DNA of 64,000 bases from Malacoraja senta (Eukaryota): positions 6,140,001-6,204,000 of the forward strand of contig CM075994.1 in NCBI GenBank assembly GCA_038087875.1. Direction: 5' to 3'. Of this stretch, positions 51,763-63,764 are shown piece by piece (positions within the stretch are counted from its first letter, which is position 1; the number at the start of each line of letters is the position of its first letter). Under the pieces are notes generated by a model. That model was not told the origin of the DNA and did no database searches. It saw nothing but the letters and a program-made list of their open reading frames with translations. A program made the translations under genes and the position numbers.

Positions 51763-53859
51763 TGAATACAAAATGGAGATGGACAGTCTGAGAAACGAAA
51801 ATGTCACCTAACCATGTTCTCCAGAAGTGCTGTCTGACTGGCTGAGTTACTCCAGCACTTTGTGTCTCTTTTTGGACAGAAATAATATAACACATCTGCA
51901 AAATTAAATCTGTTTTCTCTCTGCATTGGCAGTGCCTCATCTGCTGTACATTTCCTACAGCTCTGATGGCATTCGCAGCTATTACATGTCGCTTTGGGGT
52001 TTTTTTCCACTCTCTCCAACAATTCTTATTAACCTATCAACCAGTGTTTTAAGCTGAAGGTTATCCCCACAAAAAAAACCTGGGCTCACCGTACCATAGG
52101 TATTCCCTTTGTCCAATTCATCCCACCCCCTCACCCTCTTTGAAACTTAAAACAAGCTTACTTTCTCAAGAAGGAATTTCACCTGAAACCTGTTTCCCTT
52201 TCCACAGATGCTGCTTGACCCACTGAGGATTTCCTGTATTCACCTATTATTATACTGGATTATAAATGGATTCAGGTGGACGTTGGATTCCTTTCGGACC
52301 GAGAATTGTTGTTCAACCAGCATCACTCAAAATAAATTCCCTGTTTTCTCTTTACTGTGTTTGTGACCTTGCTATCTGCTAATTCGCTGCTGTGTTTTCC
52401 ATGTTTCAGGGATGACATGTTCCTAAGGAGTTTTTCATAGATGGATTTGTAGAGAATTTCTCCTCTTGTAGGAGAGCTATGGGTCATTCTTTCAAAGTAA
52501 GAGGTCATCTACTTTAGACAAAGACTTGGTGTTTTTTTGAAAGTAGACACAAAACGCTGGACAGTAACTCAGCAGGACAGGCAGCATCTCTTGAGAGAAA
52601 GAATGGGTGACGTTTTGGGTTAAGACCCTTCTTCGGAGGTCTCTGAACCTTTGTTCCTCAGACTCAAGAGCTTGTGATTATTTTTAAGACGGACATAGAT
52701 AGATTCTTGGTAAATTGGGGTTGGGGAAAGATTTGGGGTAGGAATTGAGGTTAGTCAGATCAACAGCAGAGCCGGTTCAGGGCCTGGTGTCATGGAGCGA
52801 GAAGAAAGCTGGATTTGTTTCTAATAGATACGTTTACCTGTTCGACCACATGTCAGGGCCTTGTGTGTACAGCTTAATGAGTACCTATTGATCTGATTGA
52901 ATTCAGTGACTGAACGTCCATAGAGCTCCGACATAGAAGAATTCCAACATCTCAGCAAATTAATCTTTTCTTATCTCAATCCATGATTCTGAAACAGTGA
53001 CTCCTGGTTCCAGATTCATCTGTGAATCTACATTGGAGAGCACATAAGAATTTTGTAAATTTAAACGAGATCACCCCTCATTCTATTCAATTCTAAATAA
53101 CATTGGCCTATTCTTCTCAATCTTGACTTATTCTGAAGCAGTCTACCAAATCTTCGCTGCAATTTATGGATCCATCCCACTGGCTGCAGTTTGCCAATCT
53201 GAGAAAGATCAGTTTGTTTTTCTCACTTTCCTCTTTTTATCCATTAACCAATTGTCTGTTCATATAACCTTCAATTCCTTGTGTGCTCAACTTGTTGACT
53301 TCTTCTTTCGAGTGGCGTGCAGAGCCTAAAGTTGTAGGACAACTTGTTCTATTTGATCTTTTGTTTGTGCGCGTCGAGTTGATTGCATTAGTCGAAACAG
53401 GCCGGACCACGTGAAGGTTGCAATCTTCCACCCCTAACTTGTTGACCAGTTATCTGTACGGGGCCTTGTTCAAAGCCTTCTGTAAACCAAATAAGCCACA
53501 TTCATAGGTTCCCCATCATCTATTGTGCCAGTCACATTCTCAATAGGTTAGTCGAGTGTAATTTTCCATTTGTATATGTGTTTACTCTGCTCAAGCATAT
53601 TCCATGATGTCCTGATATATCATTATAAATCCTTGCAATTTTTCAGCTATTAACATCAAGTTAATAGGTGGTCAGTTTCTCCCTCCCTTCTTAAATAATG
53701 GATTCATATCAGCAGGATTCCATTTGCAGAAAATCTCAATCTATAGAATTTAGAAGAACAGTAAGTGGAGCATCCGCTTTTTATAGGTCACCTATTTCAA
53801 AACTCTGTGGTTTACATTCTTAGAATTTATTGGTGGCCAGGCTCGTCAAAAAGGACGGA

Positions 53860-54112
53860 CCTTTAGGAAGAGATGAGAAATAATTTATTTAGTCGGAGGA
53901 TGATGAATCTGTGTAATTCAGTGCCACAGAAGACATGGAGGCCACGTCAATGGATATGTTTAAGCTAGAGATTAATAGGTTGATAATATGGGTGTCGGGA
54001 TATGGGGAGAAGACAGGAGAATGGGGTTGGGAGGGAAAGATAGATCCGCCACGATTGAATGGCAGAGTAGACCCGATGGGCCGAATGGCCTAATTATGCT
54101 CCTATGACTTAT
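53860..54112 (+). mobile_element. CR1-type 3' end fragment
   Basis: Same family as 985-1432. Confidence 0.75.
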
Positions 54113-54952
54113 GAACACTCCTTCCGTATATGTTTTTATGAACACAATATCCTCCTTTCTCACTTGAGGTGGTTCGTTGGTATTTCTAGCATGCTTACTT
54201 CCGCGATAGGATTCGCAATGTATTTGCTCTCAATAAATTTCCTTCTCGGTGTGTGTGAGGGGACCCTATCTACCTTGACCTTTCTTTACACAAGAGTAGA
54301 AGACAGAAGAAGATCGGAGAGAGGCATTGTGATGCATGGTTGTCACTTCTTTCTGTATTTGAGTTTAGTTTATTGTCACATGTACTGAGATACAATGAAA
54401 AGCTATTTTGCGTGCCAACCAGCCAGAAAAAAGACCACATGAAGATAATCAAGCCATCCACAGTATACAGATGAAGGGGATAACGTTTAATGCAAAATAA
54501 AGTCAGATTAAAAATAGTCCATGGGTCTCCAATGATGTAGATGGTAGCTCAGGATCGCCTGTTCATAGGATAGTTCAGTTGCCTGATAACATTTCTTTAA
54601 TTCATTTTTAACAATGCAGATGCCTAAATCTTCAATGGTTTTTCCAATGTTCCATGATTTTTTTTAATATATATTTTTGTAACTGTATTATATATACAGT
54701 TGCTGTATTTTGGTGTTAAATCATGCCAATGCTGACATTTGATGAGGTACCATTCAAGATTTAGCCTCACAGACCCAAATTGATTTTGGGAATATGTATG
54801 ATGATATAATTTCCTGTGCCTTGTGTAGAGTTGCTCTGAAGACAATTTGGTGCTGTAAGAGCCTCCTTCTCCAAATCTGAAGGCTAAAATTTGCTACCAT
54901 GGCTTTGGCTCTAAGTCGCAGACAAAATTTGAAACAGTAAATTTGACCAAAC

Positions 54953-55047
54953 AGTCTGAAGAAGGATCGCGACCCGAAACGTCACCCTTCCTTCTCTCCA
55001 GTGATGCTGCATGTCCTGCTGAGTTACTCCAGCATTTTGTGTCTATC
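54953..55047 (+). mobile_element. Solo ~95-bp Penelope terminal module with hammerhead-like motif and 10-bp TSD
   Basis: ctgaagaaggatcgcgacccgaaacgtc at 54956-54983; TSD ttgaccaaac 54943-54952 / 55048-55057. Confidence 0.78.
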
Positions 55048-57934
55048 TTGACCAAACGGTAGTTGTTCCACTGGTATTTCATCAATCCAGAACAGTATAC
55101 CTTGAAGCATTCCCAGAACAGTGTTGTTTCTGGATGCTCTTTGTACAATCGACTGAGGCACATTTTATTGAAAGCTACACTGAAATGCTTTGTTGACAGG
55201 ATGAGAACACATTTGGGTTGGCAAAGAAACAGCCACGCACTGTTAAATAGCTTTGTTTAAAAAATAGTTTACTTCAACAATTAAATAAAATCTAACTTCA
55301 TGCACCCAGGCACGATAGCTGAAACAAACAGGATATGGTGGAAATACACAGCGGTTGTTAGCTCTTAATCAACACGACCACAAGACTTAACTGTAACAGT
55401 GGTTTGGTTCACGGTGCTGTTGCTTGCTCGGCGTTTAGTAAGATCATGGCCCATCTGAATTTACCTTTACCTCTACTCTCCTTAGTTTAGAGATACAGCG
55501 TGAAAACCATTCCTTCAGCCCACTGAGTTCGAGTTGAAGTTCAAGTTCACATGTATTGTCACATGCACTAATTAAGGTTGTGATATTTGAGTTACCATAC
55601 AGCCATACTAAGTAAAAAGCAACAATACGCACAGCCACATAAAATAAAATTTAACATAATCATCCACCACAGCATAAGCCACATTCCTCACTGTGATGGA
55701 AGGTAATAAAGTTCAATCATCTTCCTCATTTGTTCATCCGTGGTCGGGGCTGTTGAACCCTCTGCAGTCGCCACTGCCAACGGTCTGATGTCCGAAGCCC
55801 TCGCATCGGGATCGAAACTCCGGGGTCGGCACGGATTGGAACACTCCACGGCATGGTGCTCCCGAGTCGGCCTTCACAGTGTTAAAGTCCACAAGCCCCA
55901 CGGTTGGAGCTCCTTCACAGGCAATCTTCTGCAATGGATCACAGGCTCCTTTGATGTTAAAGTCCACGACGGAAGCCATGGCATCACCTCCATGTCTCTA
56001 TTTCACTGTTCCCTCCTTAGAAATTATGGTCTTGCTGTGTATTTCCAACATTTCCTACTTGAATTTCTCCCATTTGCCTTGGCCTTTCAAACAATGATCT
56101 GGTTGGAAACAAGTTCCAGTACTCTCCCCCAACAAACAAGCCATTCGGGTCAGCTATAAGTATTGCAGCAAGCAGTTCAGCACAAAAGTCAGAGGTGCAA
56201 TTCAAGGCGTAATTCAAGCTGGTGGTTAAATTTCATGTATCAGACGATAAACGGTGGGCAGAGAGTGCCTTTCCCTCATTCGTTCTTGCCCCTGCAGTGT
56301 CCAGATTGGGGTTGAATTTTATCTCATCGTATATCGTGGTGAGCTGCGCCTTTCGATTTTGCTCTCCTCCACTGGCATCCAGTTCACGTAAATGTCCCTG
56401 TGGCTTGAAAGGAAAGAATGTCAATGGACCGTGTGTTTGGATCTTGTGTTTATGTGACTCAGGCTTGTAACGCATGGTGCAAGGAATAGTGCAGAGGATT
56501 GTTTTGGAGTACAAGGCAGTTTACAGACATGAAGAGAGGTCTCGGCACTGGGAGTTAAGAGTTTTGTGCTGTATAAATTCTGAAATGCCTGGTAAAAGAG
56601 ATTATGTGCTATGAAGTAACATAGAAGGAATTTTCTCATGTTTAGTGGCCTTTGTACCACAAGGCATGCAGAGCAAGGGCTGCAGACTTCTGAGTGTTAT
56701 GGTCATCTCTGTCTTGTGGAATTGTATAGATTCAACTCTGCAGGGAGAGTACTTTATGGTGAAACAGTTCACTATCATGGCTGAAGCTTTGTGCTAGAGA
56801 ACTTGCCGTGGGAGGGCTGCTTTCTCAGGGTTATAGGCAGCAACTACCGTCTGGTAAAACTGGCTGTTCTGTACAATGTCTTGGTTAAATTTCTGAGAAT
56901 CACTTGCGCACATTTTTATTCACACCAAGTGTGGCATAGAACCGCAGTGGACATAGAATGCTACAGCATCTACAATCAGGGTCCAAACCACATTGAACGA
57001 TCTAAACCTCGCCTCGCTAAATGGACAAAGTATTTTGAGCATTTTTCAAGTACTTTTATGTTCCATGACGACTTAGCCCCTGCTTGCCTGCAGTTTCTAT
57101 CAACCCTATAATCCCTCCAAAAACCGTCATCCTTGGCCTCTCGAACACCCACAATTTAATCTTCATTCTTGGCGCATTCTATCCACTGCAGGGCTGCCAA
57201 CATTGGGTGAGAGTTGGGAGTGAGAAATTGCGAGAGACCAAGCCCGAGGGAGCATAGCGACCGGGGGGTGGGGGGTGGGAGGAGGGTGTCCCCCCTTCCA
57301 TTGGTCCGAAACTTTTGCATTTTGCAGCTTGAAATTGTGCAATATGGTGCATTCTGTAGTGAGCCTTTATATTACACTTGAATGCAATATATATGCTTTA
57401 AATTGGATTGGAGCGTTTTTGAAAGGTGGAGGCTGAGCGATCACTGATCACTGGCCTTGGGGATACCCGGTGAGGGAGTAGAGCAACTGAGTGGGGAGAG
57501 GGTGTGGAAAAAGGTGTCCCCGCTCCCAGGGTAGGGACTTTTTGAAATTTGATTTATTAAAATCATGTTTTAGTGCATTGTGGAAGTATGATTTCAATGT
57601 TTTTTGTATGAAGTATTTTTAAGAGGTAACTTTTTAAGGGGTAACTTTATCCACACAAAGGGTGATGGGTGTATGGAACAAGCTGCCAGAGGAGGTAGTT
57701 GAGGCAAGGACCATCCCAACATTTAAGAAAAAGTTAGACTGATACATGGATAGGACCGGTTTGGAGGTATGGACCAAAAGCAGATAGCTGGGACATGTTG
57801 GCGGGTGTGGGCAAGTTGCGCCGAAGGGCCTGTTTTCACATTGTATCACTCTATGACTACATTATACCTCCACCATGCATGAATGCTTCAAAATCAAGTG
57901 ATTGAGTTTTATTGCCATATACTCAAGCATAGTA

Positions 57935-58270
57935 ACATAGAAAATAGGTGCAGGAATAGGCCGTAGGCCCTTCGAGCCAGCACTGCCATTCAATATGATC
58001 ATGGCTATTCATCTAAAATCAGTACCTCTTTCCTGTTTTTTCCCCATATCCCTTGATGTCGTTAGCCCCAAGAACTAAATGTAACTCTCACTTGAAAACA
58101 TCCAGTGAATTGGACTCCACTGCCTTCTGTGGCAGAGAATTCCACAGATTCACAACTCTCTGTGTGAAGAATGTATGTCTTCATCTCAGTCCTAACTGCC
58201 CCCCCCCCCTTTATTCTTAAACTGTGACCCCTGGTTCTGAACTCCCCCAACATCGGGAACATTTTTCCTG
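57935..58270 (-). mobile_element. CR1 3' fragment nested in the TIR element
   Basis: MFPMLGEFRTRGHSLRIKG and a catagaaaataggtgcagg tail. Confidence 0.85.
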
Positions 58271-58377
58271 CAGTTACAGTAAGTGAAAATCTAGCAGGCA
58301 AGCAGGATGCTTTCTCCAACCACCCCAATTTGAAGTCCACTATCTTCCACCGTTTCTACCCAGTACTTGGTACTTAC

Positions 58378-58515
58378 TTCCAGCAGCCACTGGTTGTCCT
58401 CCTGGATGAACCGAGCCGCAGCCTGATCCATGCCGGTCACCTGGGCGAATTTGGCACAGAGACTCTCACGGCAGCGGCGCAACGCTTCCGACGCCTTGCA
58501 CTGAGGCTATTCCAT
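58378..58515 (-). pseudogene. TDP2: TDP2 exon 1 fragment, copy 1 (UBA-like N-terminus), nonsense codon 3, intact donor
   Basis: gccATGGAATAG...ALRRCRESLCAKFAQVTGMDQAAARFIQEDNQWLLE|GTAAGT resembles TDP2 RRLLCVEFASVASCDAAVAQCFLAENDWEME. Confidence 0.75.
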
Positions 58516-58757
58516 GGCCGGAGCTGCAGTGAGCGACTCGCCAGCCCGGAAAACACTCGCCAGCCCCGCTCCCCGTCCGCATCTGTCCCCGCCGCTGCTT
58601 CTGCTTCCAACACCCATGGCCCATGATGTTGATATGTTTTGAAATTTTCGTTGATCACAGAATTTCTCACAACAGAGCGAGAGAAATTTGTGATCGGCGT
58701 GAGAATTTGGCGAAATGCGTGATTCTCACGCTCAATGCATGGGAGTTGGCAGCCCTG

Positions 58758-58814
58758 CCTCTCTATTCCCCTCTCTCCCCCCCCCTCCCCCTCTCTCTCC
58801 CCCTCTCTCTCTCC

Positions 58815-58849
<35 letters not shown>

Positions 58850-59945
58850 CTCTCTCCCCCCTCTCTCTCCCACTCTCTCTCTCCCCTCTCTCTCTGCCTC
58901 TCTTTCTCTCCCCTCTCTCTCTCCCTCCCACCTCACTCTCATCCCTCTCTCTCTCTCCCCCTCTCTTCCGCTCTCTCTCTCCTCTCAACCCCCCCTCTCT
59001 CTCTCCCCTCCCCCTCTTTCCCCTCCTCTCTCTCCCTCTCTGTCTCTCCTCTCCCCTGTCTCCCCACCTCACTCTCTCCCCCTTCCCTCTCTCTTCTCTC
59101 TCAGCCTCTCTCTCCCCCCTCTCTCTCCTCTGCTCCCCTCTCTCCCCTCTCTCCCCCTCTCTCTCTCTTCCCCCTCTCCCTCCCACCTCACTCTCCCCCC
59201 TCTCTCTCGTCCCCTCTCTCCTCTCTCTCTCCCCCCTCCCTCGCTCTCTCCCCTCTTTCCCCTAACTCCCTCTGCCCTCTCTTTCCTCTAACTCTCTCCC
59301 CCCCTCTCTCTCCCCTCCCTTTCTTCTCTCTCCCCCTCTTCTCTCTCTCCCCCTCTCTCTCTATCCTCTCTCTCCCCCTTGCTTCCCCCTCTCTCTCTTC
59401 CTCCCTCCCTATCTCTCCCTCTCTCTCCCTCTCCACACACTCTCCCCTCTCTCTCCCCTCTCTCTCCTCTCTCGCTTCCCCCCTCTCTCTCCTCCTCTCT
59501 CCCCCATTTCTCCCTCCCACCTCACTCTCCCCTTGCTCTCTCTCCCCTCTCTCTTTCTCCTCTGTCTCTATCTCATCTTTCTCTTTGCCCCCCATCTCTC
59601 TCTTTCCCCGTTTCTCTTTCCCCCTCTCTTTCTCTTCCCCCACTCTCTTTTACCACCCCTCTCTCTCCCCCCCTCTCTCCCATTCTCTCCTACCCTCTCC
59701 TCCCTCTCCAGCCCCTCTCTCTCTTCCCTCTTTCTTCCCTCTCACCCTCTCTCTTCCCCCCTCTCCCACCTCACTCTCCCCCTTCTCTCTCCCCCTCTCT
59801 CTCCCCTCTTTCCCCCCTCTCCCTCGTCTCTCTCTCCATTCACCCCCCCCCCCTCTGTCTCTCCCCTCTCTCTCCTCTCACCCCTCTCTCTCTCTCCCCC
59901 CTGTCTCCCTGTCTCCTTCCCCTCTCTCTCTCTCTACCTCCCTTT
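58758..59945. repeat. ~1.2-kb CT-rich polypyrimidine tract
   Basis: Irregular (CT)n/(C)n with recurring cccacctcactctc units. Confidence 0.97.
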
Positions 59946-59961
59946 GGTAGTCTGTCCCGTC

Positions 59962-60042
59962 GGCACAGAGACTCTCACGGCAGCGGCGCAACGCTTCCGA
60001 CGCCACCGACTGCCCGGGACTCTTGCACTGGGGCTGCTCCAT
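59962..60042 (-). pseudogene. TDP2: TDP2 exon 1 fragment, copy 2 (intact start, 3'-truncated)
   Basis: gccATGGAGCAG: MEQPQCKSPGQSVASEALRRCRESLCA; colinear with copy 1 apart from an 18-bp indel. Confidence 0.7.
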
Positions 60043-61736
60043 GGCCGGAGATGCAGCGAGCGACTCGCCAGGCCCGCAAACACTCGCCAGCCCCGACTCC
60101 CCGCATCTGTATCCACCCGCTGCTCCCATCCCTCCCTCAGCCCCGGCTCTCCAACACCTGCGGACCATGCAGTTTATCTGAGTTTTTAAATTTTCGTTGA
60201 TCACAGAATTTCTCACCACAGAGCGTGAGAAATTTCTGATCAGCATGAGGGCGTGAGAGTTTATTCATTCTCACGCTCAAAGCGTGAGAGTTGGCAGCCC
60301 TGTCCACTGTTAAAATCAACAACTTCTGGAATTCCTTCCCTCTTATTGAAACACTCGTTAAAATCTAGCCGACTAAGCTTTCATCATCTTTCTTAGCTTC
60401 ACCTTCAGTTCACAGTGACAGTTTTAGGTTATTAACACTATGATATTTCTTTGGACATTTTGCTACATTTTTGTTTAAAATTTTCCATACTCCAGTCATC
60501 TTTTAAAGGTACTTCTGGTAACTCATTCAGTTTGGGTAATAAAGCCTCGTATTCAGATGTTAGAGCGGTAGTAGTAATGTCCAAATAATTAGATGAGATT
60601 GAACCGGGCGCGGTTAGATTCATGAGATCATGAACGCAGCCGAAACACTCAATGTGCAACAGAGAGAGAGAGAGAGAGAACTATGAGAGAACAATTCCCA
60701 GGGAAGAAGGAACAGAAATAGGAGCAAACTGTCAGGAAAGTTGAACTGCAACAGAAGCTAAATGAGGAAGTGAGAAAACACACAAAAACAAAGATGGCAG
60801 ACAAGCTACAAAATGGGGAAACCCACAGAAAGACAAATAGGATTACAACAAGGGTTAAACATTTGTGAAATGTGAGAACAATGGAGACAAAGGTAGAGCC
60901 ACAAGGAATTGCAGATGTTGGAATCTTGAACATAATGACAAGCAGAATCAAACTGTATACGAGTATCTCTGGAGAAGGGTCTCAACCCAAAATGTCACCT
61001 ATTCCTTTTCTCTGTAGATGCTGCTTGACCCGCTGAGTTACTCCGGCATTTTGTGTCCATTTTCAGTATAAATCTTTTCTTGCACCCCATCTAATCTGGC
61101 CGCCAGGGATTTGTGAAATTGCCCATAATGGGGCTCTTAGTGAAGCAGGGATGAAACAACCCTTAATGACTTAATCGCCCACAAACTCAACAACAAAGAA
61201 AGCCTTATTGGCTCAATCAATGGGTTCTGGGATCACATTCTTTTCAATTCTTTTTTCTGGATCTGGGCATCACTGACAAGGCCAGCATTTAATGCCCATC
61301 ATTAATTGCCCTTGAGAAGGTGGTGGTAAACTGCCTTCTTGTACAACAAATTGTGATTCCGAAACCTGCTTAAAAATGAACCACATAAAGTGAGTCGGGA
61401 ATCACAGATTGGACCAGAGAAGGACAGCAGATTTCCATCTCAACAGGATTTTTTTGGACCAGAATGTTTTTTTATGACAATCATTACCAGAATTAGTTAT
61501 TGGGTTTAAAAAATATATAAATTCCAGAATTTGTTCTTCCGGAACAATAATTAATTGAAAGAAAGGCAATAATCATTTTATGTCCCAACTATGTAAACTG
61601 GTTTCCCTGGTTTGCCTGTGTAGCACAATGGTTATCAATTAGTATAAGGCAATGGACTGATGGAATAGGCTAGAGGGACTGAATGGCCCTTTGCCATTCT
61701 TATATTGCTTTAGTCATTGATCTGCTGCAGCACGCA

Positions 61737-61945
61737 GTCAGAGCCTGAACCTGGACGTTGCAGTTCTCAGGCTCAGGCTCCTGTACCTTCTTCCCAATGG
61801 CAGTGGTGAGATGAGTGTGTGGCCAGGAAGATGTGGGTCTTTCATAATGTTGGCTGCCTTTTTGAGGCAACGACTACGATAAATCCCTTCGCTGGTGGGG
61901 AGATCAGAGCCGGTGATGGCATGGGCAGTGTTTTGCAACTTTTTT
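61737..61945 (-). mobile_element. Rex1/Babar LINE C-terminal fragment
   Basis: ITGSDLP..IYRSRCLKKAANIMKDPHLPGH.L..LP.GRRYRSL. Confidence 0.85.
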
Positions 61946-62009
61946 CGTGTGCTGCAGCATGCAGTCAGAGCCAGTGGAATAGACCGTACAAAGATTACGG
62001 GGGCCTCTT

Positions 62010-62320
62010 TACTTTAGTTACTTTAGAGATACAGCGTGGAAACAGGCCCTTCGGCCCACCGAGTCTTCGCCGACCAGCGATCACCCCATACATTAGCTCT
62101 ATCCTACACACAGGAAACAATTTACAATTGAAGCCAGAAGCTAATATCCGACAAACCTCTACGTCTATGGAGCATGGGAAGAAACCGGTGAACCTAGAAA
62201 AAACCCACGCAATCACAGGGAGAATATGTAAATTTTGTGCAGACTGCACCCATTGTCAGCATCAAACCAGGATCTCTGGCGTTGTAAGGCAACAACTCTA
62301 CCGTTTTGCTACCCATGTCA
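62010..62320 (-). mobile_element. HE1-like SINE
   Basis: Antisense copy of the SINE family. Confidence 0.8.
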
Positions 62321-63214
62321 CTCTTTTGCTGGCTTTCAACAAAGACTGATCTTGGTCAGGGAACCAGTGCCAACATTATGAAGCGTGGCTTGTGCAATGC
62401 ATTGCTTGTAAAAGAAGAAACATAAATAGATAGCATCATCCCACTATGATTTTGAAAAACTGGACAATTGACATAATTGCAACGCAAACCCTTACTGAGA
62501 CAGTGATGGTGAACCAGTAAATGCTGGTGAAATTATAGAAACAAATTGAAGTAATCAGCAAGGCAGCTTTAAGTCAATGCCACCATTTCTTTCAGATGTA
62601 CGAACAAAACATTGGGGTGGTTTGAACTCAGGAAGGCAACAGTAATCCAATATTAATGCAGCCAATAGAACAATGCAGAGACATCGGGAAGACGTACTTT
62701 GTAAAATGTACACATCAGTTCTCAGTGTAAGAAAAGATAAACAACAGAGTTGCCAGCATTGCAATTTAGAATTACACTTCAGTGACGATGCCTGGTACCT
62801 TCAACTTTATATACTCAGCTTCAATGTATGGATCCCAAGCTCAGATTACAATTTGACTGCATCTTGGACTTCCCTGTGTTTTCCAAGCATGAATCTACAT
62901 GGAACTTGTCAGCACCTTATTTCTACATGCATATTTGTTGCTGTCAGCTGAACCAAGCATCTCTCTGTCCAGTGCCATCTATGGACAGGCAGGACTAGGA
63001 TGGCAGTCAAAGGGGAGTCATCTATAGGCTCCCTCCCAAGACGCACATCATGGTGAACTGGAAACCTGTCCCTCCTCTTCCACCTTTACTGGATCTAAAT
63101 CCTGCACTTACTTCCTCAACAGCACAAAGGGGCCACCTTCCGAAAGATTCTAGCAGTTAAAGGAAGCTCGCCACCAACATCTCAAGAGCACTTGGGGATG
63201 GCCAATAAACACTG

Positions 63215-63555
63215 GGTGGACAAAGGCTAGAGATGAAAAGGAGACAAAAGGAGAGAAACAAGGATTGGGGGGAAGAAGAGGCCGGATAATGGGAGAAATT
63301 GGTGTGAACTGGGGTGGGAGGAAGAAAGAGAAAGGAGGGGAAACAGGATGTTATTTAAAATTAAGAGATTTCAATGTTCATGCGTTGGGTTGTAAGCTAC
63401 CCAAGTGGAATATGAGGTGCTGTTACTCCAGTTGTTTGGCCTCAATCTGGCAATAGAGGAGGTCCAGGACAGAAAGGTCAGTGTGAGAATGGGTAGGGGA
63501 GTTGAAATGGTTAGCAGCCGGGAGATCTAGCAAGCTTTGTTCGGCGAAGCGGTCT
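63215..63555 (-). mobile_element. Decayed Penelope-like GIY-YIG 3' fragment
   Basis: DRFAEQ..DLPAANHFNSPTHSHTDLSVLDLL. Confidence 0.8.
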
Positions 63556-63764
63556 TTGCAGCTTGTACCAACCTGGTCCCTGGCCTGGTTTGCTCTCCCG
63601 ATCACAGCATACAGTGGTGGTTCACTTCTCCTTTCAGTGTTAGGAGCTTTAAATAAAAACAATTGCTATTGGAACCATGCTCCTTTTGCTGTTTACTAAA
63701 TATTTTCTCCATACGCTCATTCCCTTGTGCTCATTTCTTCCACCGGGCATGCTTTCTTAGTTCA

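Larger units (their letters stand above)
57189..60302. mobile_element. Non-autonomous TIR DNA transposon with 7-bp TSD carrying two TDP2 exon-1 fragments
   Basis: Perfect 13-bp TIR cagggctgccaac (57189-57201) / gttggcagccctg (60290-60302); TSD tccactg 57182-57188 / 60303-60309; subterminal gtgaga/tctcac arrays; an extra internal right end at 58745-58757. Confidence 0.88.

Noticed and set aside
55530..55990. GC-rich segment with internal repeats as another captured gene fragment
   Set aside because: It resembles other dispersed pieces (7665-7890, 15200-15450) and no gene, TIR or TSD could be assigned; left as an unclassified repeat.
58437..60200. Overlapping 150-411 aa low-complexity ORFs
   Set aside because: Same artefact from the second CT tract; only the short TDP2-like parts are meaningful.
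60438..60659. Protein-like 73-aa minus-strand ORF (NELPEVPLKDDWSMENF)
   Set aside because: No recognisable family or convincing splice sites; stops follow immediately.
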